A model generated the notes under the pieces. That model did no database searches, was not told the origin of the DNA, and saw nothing but the letters and a program-made list of their open reading frames with translations. This document shows, one piece after another, positions 36,301 through 46,560 of a DNA stretch of 64,000 nt. Source of the DNA: Faecousia sp. (GTDB lineage: Bacteria > Bacillota > Clostridia > Oscillospirales > Oscillospiraceae). The stretch lies in the NCBI GenBank assembly GCA_045656945.1, contig JAZOSD010000079.1, positions 2,797-66,796 on the forward strand, given 5' to 3'. Position numbers and translations under genes: made by a program. Every line of letters starts with the position of its first letter. Position 1 is the stretch's first letter.

Positions 36301-38910
36301 ATGGCTGAAAACAAAAAGAAGTCACAGGCAGAAAAAGTTGCAAACGCAGCGAACGCCAGAAATGCAAAAAACTCAAAAAAACAAAGCAATGCAAAAGCCA
36401 CACAAAATACTCCTTCTGCAAAAAAAATGGTAAGGGACGATAATAAACGCAACATCCCAATTCGAGTGATCTCCAGCGGGTGCTTTATGGTCCTTTTTAT
36501 ATTACTGCTTATTATCTTTTTTGAGCCCGAGGGCGCAGTTATTAAGTTACTGCGTAATTTCTTGTATGGCATTATTGGTACGGTTGGTTTTTACGTTGCC
36601 ATTCCGGCATCTCTTTATCTGTTTATTATTCATGCTTTTAGTGGCAAACGTCCTGTAATTATGCGCACGATTTGCTTGAGTGTTTTTGTGTTGATGTGTG
36701 GTTGTATTTCTCATTTGGCAATGAATCCCCAAGATTTGCCAAAGGGATTTGCACTGCTGGGGGAATTATTTTCCGGAGGCGTTTTCGGCACAACCAGCGG
36801 TTTGCTGTGTGGATTGCTTACAATGCTTATTCACTGGGCGTGTGGCACAGCGCTATCCTATATAATTTTTATCGTTGCAGCAATTTTTACATTACTGGCA
36901 AGTATGCAGATCACGATTCCCAGCATTATCCGTGCAATTCAAAACCGTCCCCGGCCTGATTGGGATGATGAAGAACCTGAAGAAGTGATGGAACCGGCTG
37001 CTGTAATTGTAAATCATATTGCCACAAAGCGGATTGAACAAATTGAAAATCGCCGGGTACAGGATGCCGTTCAGAATCATAAAACACCTGATGCTGAGCC
37101 TCAAAGCAAGAAAGCGGCAGACATTATTAGTCAGATCGATGGAGATGTGGAAACACCTGTTGCAGCTGCTTCTATGTCTGCTACAGCTTCCATAAAAACT
37201 GAATTGGCTCCGGAGGTAGATGATATTCCGGTTGTTATGCCTCCCTTTGAACCGGAAGTTTTTCCGGAACCTGCACCTGAACCTGCTCGTGAGATAAAGC
37301 CGGAAAAAGTTACTGCAAAAGAAGCTATGGAATCGGCCATTGAGGTAGCACAAGAGATAGAAGAGGCTGCGACAATACAACCGCAGAATTATTGTTTCCC
37401 GCCGATTGATCTGCTGAAATTGCCGTCCGATAGTGGCGCTGACGGTACTGCAGAAATGCGTGAAAACTCCAGACGCTTGAACGAAACACTTGCAAGCTTC
37501 AAGATTGAGGCACATATTATCAATGTAACGCGAGGACCCAGTGTAACTCGTTATGAAGTGGAGTTAGAAAAAGGCGTACGTTTGAGCAAGCTGACAACCG
37601 CTGCTGACGATATAGCATTGAGCCTGGGTGCATCCGGTGTACGTATAGCGGCTGTTCCCGGTAAGATTTCTGTTGTGGGCATAGAAGTTCCCAACATCGC
37701 GGTTACTACCGTTTCTTTGCGGGAAGTTATTGATTCACAAGATTTCTCCAAGGCAAAATCTAAATCTTCCTTCGCAGTTGGTAAGGATATTGGCGGAAAC
37801 TGCATTGTTGGAAATATTGCAAAGTTGCCGCATATGCTTATTGCTGGTACAACCGGCTCTGGTAAATCGGTTTGTATGAACTCTATCATCATTTCTTTGC
37901 TGTACAAAGCAAGTCCCGATGATGTAAAGCTTATTATGGTCGATCCCAAGATGGTTGAACTTGGCATTTATAATGGCATTCCACACCTTCTAATCCCGGT
38001 TGTTACCGACCCCAAAAAGGCTGCAGGATCCCTGCAATGGGCAGTTTCGGAAATGATGCGCCGTTATAAAGCTATGTCTGATGCCGGTGTAAGAGATTTG
38101 GAATCTTACAACAGTATTGTAGAAACACAGGAGGGCGCAGGCACAAAGGTACCTCAGGTCGTTGTTATTATCGACGAATTGGCAGACCTGATGCTGGTTG
38201 CAGCAAAGGAAGTAGAAGAATCAATTTGCCGTATTGCACAAATGGGCCGAGCTGCAGGTATTCATTTGATCATTGCAACTCAACGTCCTTCTGCAGATGT
38301 GATTACCGGTCTGATGAAGGCTAATATTCCTTCCCGAATTGCATTTGCAGTTGCCTCAGCTATGGAATCCCGCATCATTCTGGATACACAGGGTGCTGAA
38401 AAGTTGGTGGGTAAGGGTGATATGCTTTACGCACCTATTGGCAGTGGTAAACCGAAGCGTGTACAAGGTTGTTTTGTCAGCGATCCGGAAGTGGAAGCAG
38501 TAGCAAGCTATGTAAAGGCCAATTTCACAACGAATTATGACCAGGATGTGCTGGAAGAAATCGAGCGGAAAGCTGCACAAACCGGAAATAAGCCGGCTGC
38601 TTCCGACCCGGAACCCAGTGCTGATGAGTTGGGCGGAGATGAAATGCTGCCCGCTGCTGTGGATGTCATTTTAGAAACAGGTCAGGCATCTGTATCTATG
38701 CTCCAGCGTCGTCTGAAGCTTGGCTACGCCAGAGCTGCAAGAATTGTTGACGAAATGGAAGATAAGGGAATCGTCGGACCATTCCAAGGAAGTAAGCCCA
38801 GAGCAATCTTGATTACGAAAGAACAGTGGGAATCTATGCGTTCCGGTCAAAGTGCCCAAATGGATTTCGATGATTTAGAGGAAGAAGACGAAGACCCTGA
38901 AGATTTCTAA
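36301..38910 (+). CDS. ftsK: DNA translocase FtsK/SpoIIIE
   Basis: N-terminal TMs; GPSVTRYE, PHMLIAGTTGSGKS, DPKMVEL, IIDELADLM, ATQRPS, gamma domain LQRRLKLGYARAARI. Confidence 0.95.
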   Translation: MAENKKKSQAEKVANAANARNAKNSKKQSNAKATQNTPSAKKMVRDDNKRNIPIRVISSGCFMVLFILLLIIFFEPEGAVIKLLRNFLYGIIGTVGFYVAIPASLYLFIIHAFSGKRPVIMRTICLSVFVLMCGCISHLAMNPQDLPKGFALLGELFSGGVFGTTSGLLCGLLTMLIHWACGTALSYIIFIVAAIFTLLASMQITIPSIIRAIQNRPRPDWDDEEPEEVMEPAAVIVNHIATKRIEQIENRRVQDAVQNHKTPDAEPQSKKAADIISQIDGDVETPVAAASMSATASIKTELAPEVDDIPVVMPPFEPEVFPEPAPEPAREIKPEKVTAKEAMESAIEVAQEIEEAATIQPQNYCFPPIDLLKLPSDSGADGTAEMRENSRRLNETLASFKIEAHIINVTRGPSVTRYEVELEKGVRLSKLTTAADDIALSLGASGVRIAAVPGKISVVGIEVPNIAVTTVSLREVIDSQDFSKAKSKSSFAVGKDIGGNCIVGNIAKLPHMLIAGTTGSGKSVCMNSIIISLLYKASPDDVKLIMVDPKMVELGIYNGIPHLLIPVVTDPKKAAGSLQWAVSEMMRRYKAMSDAGVRDLESYNSIVETQEGAGTKVPQVVVIIDELADLMLVAAKEVEESICRIAQMGRAAGIHLIIATQRPSADVITGLMKANIPSRIAFAVASAMESRIILDTQGAEKLVGKGDMLYAPIGSGKPKRVQGCFVSDPEVEAVASYVKANFTTNYDQDVLEEIERKAAQTGNKPAASDPEPSADELGGDEMLPAAVDVILETGQASVSMLQRRLKLGYARAARIVDEMEDKGIVGPFQGSKPRAILITKEQWESMRSGQSAQMDFDDLEEEDEDPEDF

Positions 38911-38919
38911 TTATCTATT

Positions 38920-38999
38920 ACGGAAACAAATCCGTTTAGAACCAGCCGGATGACCGGCAAGCAATATGCATCGCATCCGGATTGCCGGAGCGACAGCAA
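38920..38999 (+). ncRNA. Candidate structured leader RNA of ECF S-component
   Basis: CCGGATG/CATCCGG and CCGGCAA/TTGCCGG complementary pairs plus an upstream ACGGA/TCCGT hairpin, just before AAGGAGG. Confidence 0.4.
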
Positions 39000-39012
39000 G
39001 GAGGAAAATTTA

Positions 39013-39579
39013 ATGAATAGCAAAACAAAAACAATGGTAGGTATTGGACTATTTACAGCAATCGTAGTTGTACTGCAATTGTTGGGCGGTGGAATCCATT
39101 TTGGAATATTTTCCATAACATTGGTTCTGGTCCCAATTGTTGTTGGAGCAGCGATTTATAGCTGGAAAGCCGGTGCATGGCTTGGTCTTTCCTTTGGAAT
39201 TACAGTGCTTCTTACGGGTGATGCAGCCGCTTTTATGGCTGTTAATCCTTTGGCTACTATCTTAGTTGTGCTTGTTAAGGGCGCTATGTGTGGCCTTGTT
39301 GCTGGTGTAGTTTACACATTGTTAAAGCGCGTAAATAACATATTTGCAGTAGTTATTGCAGCCATATCCTGTCCAGTCGTTAATACAGGCGTATTCCTGA
39401 TTGGATGCAATCTTTTTTTCTACGATACCATTGCAGAATGGGGCGCAATGTATGGCTATGCTGATGCAGCATCTTATATGATCTTTGGTTTAGCGGGTAT
39501 TAATTTTCTGATTGAATTGGGTGTTAATATTCTGCTTGCACCAGTGATTACAAGACTAATTAAATTAGGATCTAAGTGA
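39013..39579 (+). CDS. ECF transporter S component (PanT-like)
   Basis: About 6 TMs; LFTAIVVVLQ..ITLVLVPIVVGA....AGAWLG..FG; VNT..F. Confidence 0.8.
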   Translation: MNSKTKTMVGIGLFTAIVVVLQLLGGGIHFGIFSITLVLVPIVVGAAIYSWKAGAWLGLSFGITVLLTGDAAAFMAVNPLATILVVLVKGAMCGLVAGVVYTLLKRVNNIFAVVIAAISCPVVNTGVFLIGCNLFFYDTIAEWGAMYGYADAASYMIFGLAGINFLIELGVNILLAPVITRLIKLGSK

Positions 39580-39616
39580 TATGTAACTGTGTATTTGTAA
39601 AAATGTGTGTCTATAA

Positions 39617-39653
39617 TTTTTGGGGGTCAGGCTTATAGCCTGACCCCCAAAAT
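39617..39653. terminator. Bidirectional terminator
   Basis: TTTTGGGGGTCAGGCT / AGCCTGACCCCCAAAA. Confidence 0.85.
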
Positions 39654-39678
39654 TATATTATTAAATCTGTTTCGTTAA

Positions 39679-41433
39679 TCAATTTTGCGTAGGATTATAA
39701 TGAACAATAATACTTTGATCGGTTAATGTTTCTACCTCTGTGACTTTTGTGCCATATACAGAAACTAAAATCAACACATGACAGTCGGCAAGCTTTTGGA
39801 TGGAGTCAATCTCCTCATTGTAATCCATATAAACAGAGTTTAGATTCTTTAGACCTGATAAAGCGGACAAATCGCTCAAAAGGTTGTGGGAGCCGTCAAT
39901 ACGGATCAGTGCACAATCTTTGTCAAAGGATGGAATCTCTGTTACTTGGTTATAAGAAAAATCTAAGTTTGATAATGCTGTGAGCGTTGAAAGAGCAGTA
40001 ATGTCTGTGATTGAATTGTTAGAGATGTTTAGTGTTTCAATAGAAGCACTGTTGGACAACTCGGAAATATCTGTTATTTGGTTATAGGAGAGAGTCAATT
40101 CGGACAGAGTGGTAAGCTGAGGAATATTCCCCAGCTGGGAAATGTGGTTATTATCTGCGTTAACTTTTGTAAGTGTAGTGACACTGCAGATTGGGGACAG
40201 TGATGTCAGAGCATTACCGGAAACATTCAAAAGCGTCAATGAACTGCAGGAGGATAAAGCACTTAAATCTGTCAGCGCGTTTTGACTCAAATTTAATTCC
40301 GTCAAATCCTTCATAGCAGACAGAACGGTAATGTTCCGGATTGTATTTTTACTTAAGTCTAAATGTGTAAGTTTGTCCGAATTTTTTAAGCTGGCTGTTG
40401 TAGATAGACCGCATCCACTCAATGTCAGTTTCTCAAGCTTTGGTAATGCACCAATGATTTCTAATTCTTCTGAGGAAACTGCAGTGTCTGTTATGTGTAA
40501 CTCTCGAAGCTGCGACATAGAAGAAATATTATTTAGCTGACCGGAAGCACCTGAAAAAATAGTTAGTTTTTCAAGGTTCTTCATATGTTTCAGGTCAGAG
40601 TAGTCAGTGGCCTCTTTGGGGACTGTGAACTGAGCAATATTCCATAGATCGCTGGACAGAATAACAGAATTATCGGTGATGCCCAATTGTTCGCGTACAG
40701 CTATGTCAATAGCCTGATCTGCAAAGTTAATTTCCTCAATCACACCGCCTATGGTATAGCCTAAAATACTAAGTGGACTGACAAGGCCGTTGTCGGAAAT
40801 CGTTACAGCATAAATTGTGTTTTCACCGGCATCAAGCTTGAGAGGATCACTGTATGCATCCGTTATAATTGAAGGATACTCACCGTTTTTGTTAGCATAA
40901 GGTGTGCCGGAATCAGATTCTAATGTGACGGAGATGTATTGACTATAATAGCCGGGATCTGGAATGCTGATCGGCGCTTTAGGACGAAGTGAGCGCAAGG
41001 ATTCTTTAATGGACTTTTCAACAGCACTATCTTCATGACAAATTGTATCCATCAGTTTTACCGCGTCCAGAATCTTATCTTGTTCAATGTAGGTTTTACA
41101 AAGGGCAATGTAAAGTTCCTCACTGCCACCTTCGGAAATAGCCTGATTCAACACATATTCAGCTTTTGTAAAATTGCCGGCAAGCTTGTGTTGCTGGGCC
41201 AATTCAATAGCAACCTGATCATTGTCACCGGCTTGTTTGTATGCAAGATCATAAAACTGGGAGGCGGTTTCGTGTTTTCCTCGATTTTCAAGAATGCGGG
41301 CACTGTGCAAAAGCATATCTCTTGTAAATTCTCGATCGTAGATGAATAAATACCATGCAAGGCATAAAACAATCGCAACAGCAAGAAGGATTGGTATAAT
41401 AATACGAATTGATCTTTTCATATTTCGCTCCAT
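39679..41433 (-). CDS. Membrane-anchored leucine-rich-repeat protein with TPR-like and Fn3-associated/chitobiase-like regions
   Basis: N-terminal TM; helical repeats; P.PG.Y...SVTL motif; about 10 LxxLxLsxNxIxDl repeats. Confidence 0.85.
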   Translation of the reverse strand: MERNMKRSIRIIIPILLAVAIVLCLAWYLFIYDREFTRDMLLHSARILENRGKHETASQFYDLAYKQAGDNDQVAIELAQQHKLAGNFTKAEYVLNQAISEGGSEELYIALCKTYIEQDKILDAVKLMDTICHEDSAVEKSIKESLRSLRPKAPISIPDPGYYSQYISVTLESDSGTPYANKNGEYPSIITDAYSDPLKLDAGENTIYAVTISDNGLVSPLSILGYTIGGVIEEINFADQAIDIAVREQLGITDNSVILSSDLWNIAQFTVPKEATDYSDLKHMKNLEKLTIFSGASGQLNNISSMSQLRELHITDTAVSSEELEIIGALPKLEKLTLSGCGLSTTASLKNSDKLTHLDLSKNTIRNITVLSAMKDLTELNLSQNALTDLSALSSCSSLTLLNVSGNALTSLSPICSVTTLTKVNADNNHISQLGNIPQLTTLSELTLSYNQITDISELSNSASIETLNISNNSITDITALSTLTALSNLDFSYNQVTEIPSFDKDCALIRIDGSHNLLSDLSALSGLKNLNSVYMDYNEEIDSIQKLADCHVLILVSVYGTKVTEVETLTDQSIIVHYNPTQN

Positions 41434-41456
41434 TTCGACAATGTATGATTATATAA

Positions 41457-41485
41457 ATTATACTTATCTGCAGCTGTGATGTCAA
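41457..41485 (-). promoter_or_regulatory. sigmaA promoter of the LRR gene (with downstream TGTCGAA 0A-box-like site at 41434-41440)
   Basis: Perfect TTGACA-N17-TATAAT on the minus strand. Confidence 0.75.
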
Positions 41486-41573
41486 GTAAAGTCCGTAATC
41501 ATTCAAAATTTGACAGCCTGTTTCGTCAGTATCCTCACACATTTTCTGTTAAAATATTTGTGGGTGATAATTT

Positions 41574-42551
41574 ATGCAAAAGATGATAAAAGGAATCGTA
41601 TTTGCAACGATAATGGGCGTTGTTGTTCCGGCAATTTTTATGCATGCTATGCAGTCTGCAGATGAAGATAATCCTGTGATCCAGGAACAAACTACAACCA
41701 TAAAGGAAACGGAACGAACAGTAGCATCTGATCATTTTTTAATACCAATACTTTTGCAAGACGGCAAAGTGGAAATGATGGCGCTGGAAGATTACATCGT
41801 AGGTGTCGTTCTTGCAGAGATGCCAGCTGATTTTGAAATAGAAGCATTAAAAGCACAGGCAGTTGTGGCAAGAACATATGCGCTTAAACGTAATTTGATT
41901 AGTCAAAAACATATGGAACAGGCGGTATGTACAAATCCATCTTGCTGTCAGGCTTATTGTACACAAGAGGAGTATATAGCATCCGGTGGAACAAATACCG
42001 CGCTGGAAAAGGTTGAAGATGCAGTAATACAAACAAAAAATGAGGTTCTTACATATAATTCAGAACTGATTGATGCGACATATTTTTCCTGTTCTGGTGG
42101 AAAAACCGAAGATGCAAAAGCTGTATGGGGTGCGGATGTGCCTTATTTACAATCAGTCGATAGTCCGGGGGAGGAATATGCAAATCATCACATAGATACT
42201 GTCTATTTCACATTGGATGAATTTGCGGACTGCTTACAAATTAAAACAGAATTACTTACAGGCAATTGGATAGGAGAAATTTCATATACAAAAGGCGGAG
42301 GTGTTGCCAAAGTTTCCATTTGCAATCAACTATACAGTGGCGTTGAACTTCGCAAATTGCTTGGTCTTCGTTCAACCGCTTTCATAATATCTGCAGTTGG
42401 GAATAAAGTTACCGTAACAACAAAGGGGTTTGGACATAGAGTTGGTATGAGTCAATACGGTGCAGATGCAATGGCTGTATCAGGAAAAAATTATAAAGAA
42501 ATTTTAAGTCATTATTATAAAGGAGCGGTTGTTGACGAAATTGCAATTTGA
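41574..42551 (+). CDS. spoIID: Stage II sporulation protein D
   Basis: LEDYIVGVVLAEMPADF..EALKAQAVVARTY, C.NP.CCQAY, FSCSGG.TE, LRST.F, GFGH.VGMSQYGA. Confidence 0.94.
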   Translation: MQKMIKGIVFATIMGVVVPAIFMHAMQSADEDNPVIQEQTTTIKETERTVASDHFLIPILLQDGKVEMMALEDYIVGVVLAEMPADFEIEALKAQAVVARTYALKRNLISQKHMEQAVCTNPSCCQAYCTQEEYIASGGTNTALEKVEDAVIQTKNEVLTYNSELIDATYFSCSGGKTEDAKAVWGADVPYLQSVDSPGEEYANHHIDTVYFTLDEFADCLQIKTELLTGNWIGEISYTKGGGVAKVSICNQLYSGVELRKLLGLRSTAFIISAVGNKVTVTTKGFGHRVGMSQYGADAMAVSGKNYKEILSHYYKGAVVDEIAI

Positions 42552-42576
42552 CAAAAACCCTGTAATCTAGTAGAAT
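42548..42576 (+). promoter_or_regulatory. sigmaA promoter of metA
   Basis: TTGACA-N17-TAGAAT. Confidence 0.75.
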
Positions 42577-42608
42577 ATGCAAAAGACAGAAAAAAGGAGA
42601 GACGAACA

Positions 42609-43535
42609 GTGCCTATTCAAATTCCAAACGATTTGCCTGCAGCATCTGTTTTACAGCAGGAAAATATATTTGTTATGACGGAGAATCGGGCAGATACGCA
42701 GGATATTCGTCCTTTGGAAATTGTCCTGTTAAATTTAATGCCAACGAAAATTGTTACAGAAACGCAGCTGTCCCGTCTGTTAGGCAATACACCATTACAG
42801 GTGCGTCTTGAGTTGATGAACACCAATTCCCATGTGTCTAAAAATGTGTCAGCTGACCACCTGCTGAATTTTTATAAAAGCTTTGATGAGCTTAAGCACA
42901 GAAAATTTGATGGTATGGTAATTACCGGTGCACCGGTAGAGAATATGCCTTTTGAGGAAGTGGATTATTGGCCTGAGCTTTGCGAAATTATGGAGTGGTC
43001 TAAGACCAATGTCCATTCCACATTCCATATTTGTTGGGGTGCACAGGCAGGTCTGTACTATCATTACGGCATACCAAAGTACGCACTTGACAACAAACTG
43101 TTTGGTGTCTTTCCCCATACAGTTGATTATAAAAGATCGATTCTTCTTCGTGGTTTCGATGATGTTTTTTGGGCGCCACATTCTCGTCATTCAACGGTGT
43201 GTCAAAAAGACATAGAAGCAGTATCCGAACTGAAAATACTAGCTTCTTCACCGGAGGCTGGCGTTTATGCAGTAGCCAGCAGGGAAGGGCGGCAGATATT
43301 TGTTACCGGACATTCTGAATATGATCCTGACACACTGAAAAATGAGTATTTGCGGGATAAATCTTTGGGTTTGCCTATCGAAGTACCAAAGAATTATTTC
43401 CCGGATGATGATGATCGTTTGGAGCCAATTGTTCGGTGGCGTGGACACGCAAATCTTTTATTTTCTAATTGGCTTAATTATTTTGTTTACCAGACGACGC
43501 CTTATGATATTATGACGATCGGTCAGGAACAATGA
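42609..43535 (+). CDS. metA: Homoserine O-acyltransferase MetA, probably acetyl-CoA type
   Basis: LNLMP.K, ITGAPVE (Glu at the specificity position, as in acetyltransferases), [12 protein letters not shown]. Confidence 0.93.
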   Translation: MPIQIPNDLPAASVLQQENIFVMTENRADTQDIRPLEIVLLNLMPTKIVTETQLSRLLGNTPLQVRLELMNTNSHVSKNVSADHLLNFYKSFDELKHRKFDGMVITGAPVENMPFEEVDYWPELCEIMEWSKTNVHSTFHICWGAQAGLYYHYGIPKYALDNKLFGVFPHTVDYKRSILLRGFDDVFWAPHSRHSTVCQKDIEAVSELKILASSPEAGVYAVASREGRQIFVTGHSEYDPDTLKNEYLRDKSLGLPIEVPKNYFPDDDDRLEPIVRWRGHANLLFSNWLNYFVYQTTPYDIMTIGQEQ

Positions 43536-43586
43536 TGTGATCAAGGCGGGCAAATGCCCGCCTTGTGCTGTTATAGGAGGGATTTT

Positions 43587-45287
43587 ATGGAAATAACGAT
43601 TTCTGGAAAGAAATATATACCAACGCCTGAACAGTCATTATTAAATTTGATTCAAGTGAATGAATTGGATTCTGATATTTTATCAAAAAGACCGCTTGTA
43701 GCTAAGATAGCCGGTGAGATTTTTAACCTGAATTATACTCCTGTCCGTAAAAAAGATGCAGACATGGAGCGAATTTCGATTAGACGCGCAATGGCAGCAT
43801 CTGATGGCAAAATAGAACTTTTATATTATGACGACCCAGCCGGCAGAGATGCATATATCAGAACCGCACAGTTTGTTTTGTTTATGGCATTATACACGAT
43901 TTGGCCAGATGTTCGGGCAAAGATCAATTGCACAGTAGGTGAAGCTTTGCTGATTGAGGTATCGAATGTAGTTGATTTTTCTGTACAGAAACTGAAAGAT
44001 CAAGTAATGCTTCTAATAAAACAAAATATACCACTAATACGACACCGTGTATCTACAGAAGATGCAGTTGAATGGTTTTCAAATAATGGAAGAAGAGATA
44101 AAGCACGGTTACTTAGTTGGCGCAGGGAATCCTATTTTGATCTGTATTCACACGCAGGTTTTTCTGACTATTATTATGGGGAATTGCTTCCAACTACAGG
44201 ATACCTGCAGATATGGGATATCATTCCCGCGGACAACGGCTTTATGTTTATCTATCCTGATCCGAATAATCCTGATAAAATATCAAATTATAAAGAAATG
44301 CCACGTTTTCTATCTGTTAGTATTGAGGGTAAACGCTGGTGTGAACTGATGGAATGCGAAACCGTTGCCGATTTGAACGATCTTGTTATAAGCGGAAAAA
44401 TAAGGGATCTGATTCGTGTGAATGAGGCACTGCACGAGAAACGGTTTGCACAAGCTGCAGATATGGTGTGTAACCGTGGCGCGAAGATTGTACTTCTGGC
44501 CGGACCAAGCTCGTCCGGAAAAACAACATCGGCAAACCGCTTAGCAGCGCAGCTTCGTGTCCACGGGAAAAAACCAGTGCTTATAAGCTTGGATGATTAT
44601 TATATTGATAGGGATAAGATATCACCCGGTCCGGATGGAAAATTAGATCTGGAACATATCAATACCATCGACATAGAGCTGTTTCGTGAGCATATTAAAA
44701 CCTTCATTACCGGTGGAGAGATAGAATTACCAAGCTTTAATTTCATTACAGCAAGGAGGGAATACCGAGGTAATAAACTTTGCTTACTGAAAGATACGGT
44801 AATTATTGTGGAAGGGCTTCATGCATTAAATCCCGCATTACTGCCGGATGATATCGATGGAAATATAGTTTTTAAGCTATACGTCAGTCCGTTACTGCCA
44901 ATCTGTTTGGATGACCATAATCGAATACCATCCAGCCTTCTTCGCCTTTTACGACGCATAGTTCGGGACTATGAGACAAGGGGCGCATCTGTTGAGAAAA
45001 CAATCGAGATGTGGGATTCTGTTCGAAGAGGTGAGAAACGTTGGATTTTCCCGTTCCAGGAAAATGCAGATATGTTCTTTAACAGTTCGACACTTTATGA
45101 ACTACCGGTTCTGAAAAAACATATTTTCCCTTTACTTACATCGGTTGAGCCTGAAAACAGTGGTTACGAAACTGCAAGATCGATTGTAAAAGTATTAAAC
45201 TATATTATACAAGCAGATGTGGACGACGAAATTCCACCCACAAGTCTTGTTCGTGAGTTTATAGGTGGTAATAGCTTTTATAAATAA
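43587..45287 (+). CDS. Nucleoside (uridine) kinase with ThrRS-like N-terminal region
   Basis: AGPSSSGKTT, SLDDYY, IVEGLHALN, RLLRRIVRD...RG, WIFPFQE.AD, YEL.VLK. Confidence 0.85.
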   Translation: MEITISGKKYIPTPEQSLLNLIQVNELDSDILSKRPLVAKIAGEIFNLNYTPVRKKDADMERISIRRAMAASDGKIELLYYDDPAGRDAYIRTAQFVLFMALYTIWPDVRAKINCTVGEALLIEVSNVVDFSVQKLKDQVMLLIKQNIPLIRHRVSTEDAVEWFSNNGRRDKARLLSWRRESYFDLYSHAGFSDYYYGELLPTTGYLQIWDIIPADNGFMFIYPDPNNPDKISNYKEMPRFLSVSIEGKRWCELMECETVADLNDLVISGKIRDLIRVNEALHEKRFAQAADMVCNRGAKIVLLAGPSSSGKTTSANRLAAQLRVHGKKPVLISLDDYYIDRDKISPGPDGKLDLEHINTIDIELFREHIKTFITGGEIELPSFNFITARREYRGNKLCLLKDTVIIVEGLHALNPALLPDDIDGNIVFKLYVSPLLPICLDDHNRIPSSLLRLLRRIVRDYETRGASVEKTIEMWDSVRRGEKRWIFPFQENADMFFNSSTLYELPVLKKHIFPLLTSVEPENSGYETARSIVKVLNYIIQADVDDEIPPTSLVREFIGGNSFYK

Positions 45288-45289
45288 AT

Positions 45290-45325
45290 TTATGTGAGGC
45301 AGTCCGGTTGGACTGCCTCACATAA
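45290..45325. terminator. 16-bp hairpin between convergent genes
   Basis: TTATGTGAGGCAGTCC-GGTT-GGACTGCCTCACATAA. Confidence 0.7.
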
Positions 45326-46535
45326 TTATATAACATTGGTTTCACAATTAGCAATTAACCGGTCTGCTGCAAGACGCAAGGTCCTAATGCTGTCTCCATG
45401 AATGATACGTTCATACATATCAAGAATGATTTTGTAAAAGCTTGATTGATCATTCAGTTCGGATACTTCTGTTAAAACCTTTTTTGCGTTGTCAACATTC
45501 TGGTTTAATTTATTTTCGGCAATATAACGGTATAATCCAGCAGCTGTTCCGATTGCAATATACGCAGGCTGGACGCCCATTGCAGCTGCCAAATTGCCCG
45601 CACCAATCAAACGGTCACTGGGAGAAAGTTTTCGTCTTGGGTCGCCACCTACGCGCTGACAGGTGTCCTTCAGAGCTGCGTTGGTAAACCGATATAAAAG
45701 ATCGTTGATGTGTCTTAAAATCTCGCCTAAGGAAATGTTGTATTTCCGAGAAAGTGCCTGGGCGCTTTCTTCCATTGCATTCTTCACAATGATATAAACA
45801 TCATCCCGGTCAATTGATTCAAATATGTATTCCAGTCCCAACAGACCACCGAGGTATGCACAGGTTGCGTGACCCATATTGTGAATGTATAGTTTGCGCT
45901 TTAAGTAAAATGCAAAAGGTGAATAGGGAACAAGGGAATCGATATTTGGAAGATCGCCCTTAAATGCATCCTTATCAACAGGAAGATAACCATACCGTTC
46001 AACACACACGCAGATTATCTCCGTCCTTCATATCATCGGTCTGTATTGGCACCATTCTGCCAATGGAAGCTTCCACTAAACCAACATTTTGAGAAAACCA
46101 AGATTGTTCTTCAGGGGTCAGTTCTGCCATCAGCATTCCTTCAAGCACTTTATTTGCGTCCATTAAGTTTTCACAAATGATAATGTTGAACGGAGCATTA
46201 CCTTTTTTTATACGCAAACGAAGTCCTGCAATTAAATTCGGAATGATAAACTTCAAAATATTAACACCAACAGCTGTTGCCATGATGTCAGCTTCAGCGA
46301 TTGCTTTTGCTGTTGCATCTATGTCTTTTCCATTGACAGCTCGAACATTGTTGACGGAGATGTCCTCAAATCCGTCGCTTGATATCACACGAACTGGATA
46401 GCTATTTCTGCAATTAAGCGCATCAACAACAGGGTTTGCCACATCTACGAAGGTTACTTCATAACCGGCTTGAGAAAACAAAGCCCCGATAAAACCGCGT
46501 CCAATGTTGCCAGCGCCGTACATAACTGCTTTCAT
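45326..46535 (-). pseudogene. Mannitol-1-phosphate 5-dehydrogenase (MtlD)-like gene, frameshifted at a (GT)4 tract at 46002-46009
   Basis: N-part: GAGNIGRG, ICEN, ASIGRMVP; C-part: RKLYIHNMGHA, RKLS..DRL. Adding one GT restores ...LRVCVERYG... and a 403-aa ORF. Confidence 0.8.
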
Positions 46536-46560
46536 TTGTAGCGCCTTCTTCCTCTTTGGA

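Noticed and set aside
42552-42608. SAM riboswitch upstream of metA
   Set aside because: The promoter lies about 30 nt from the start codon, leaving no room or motif for an S-box.
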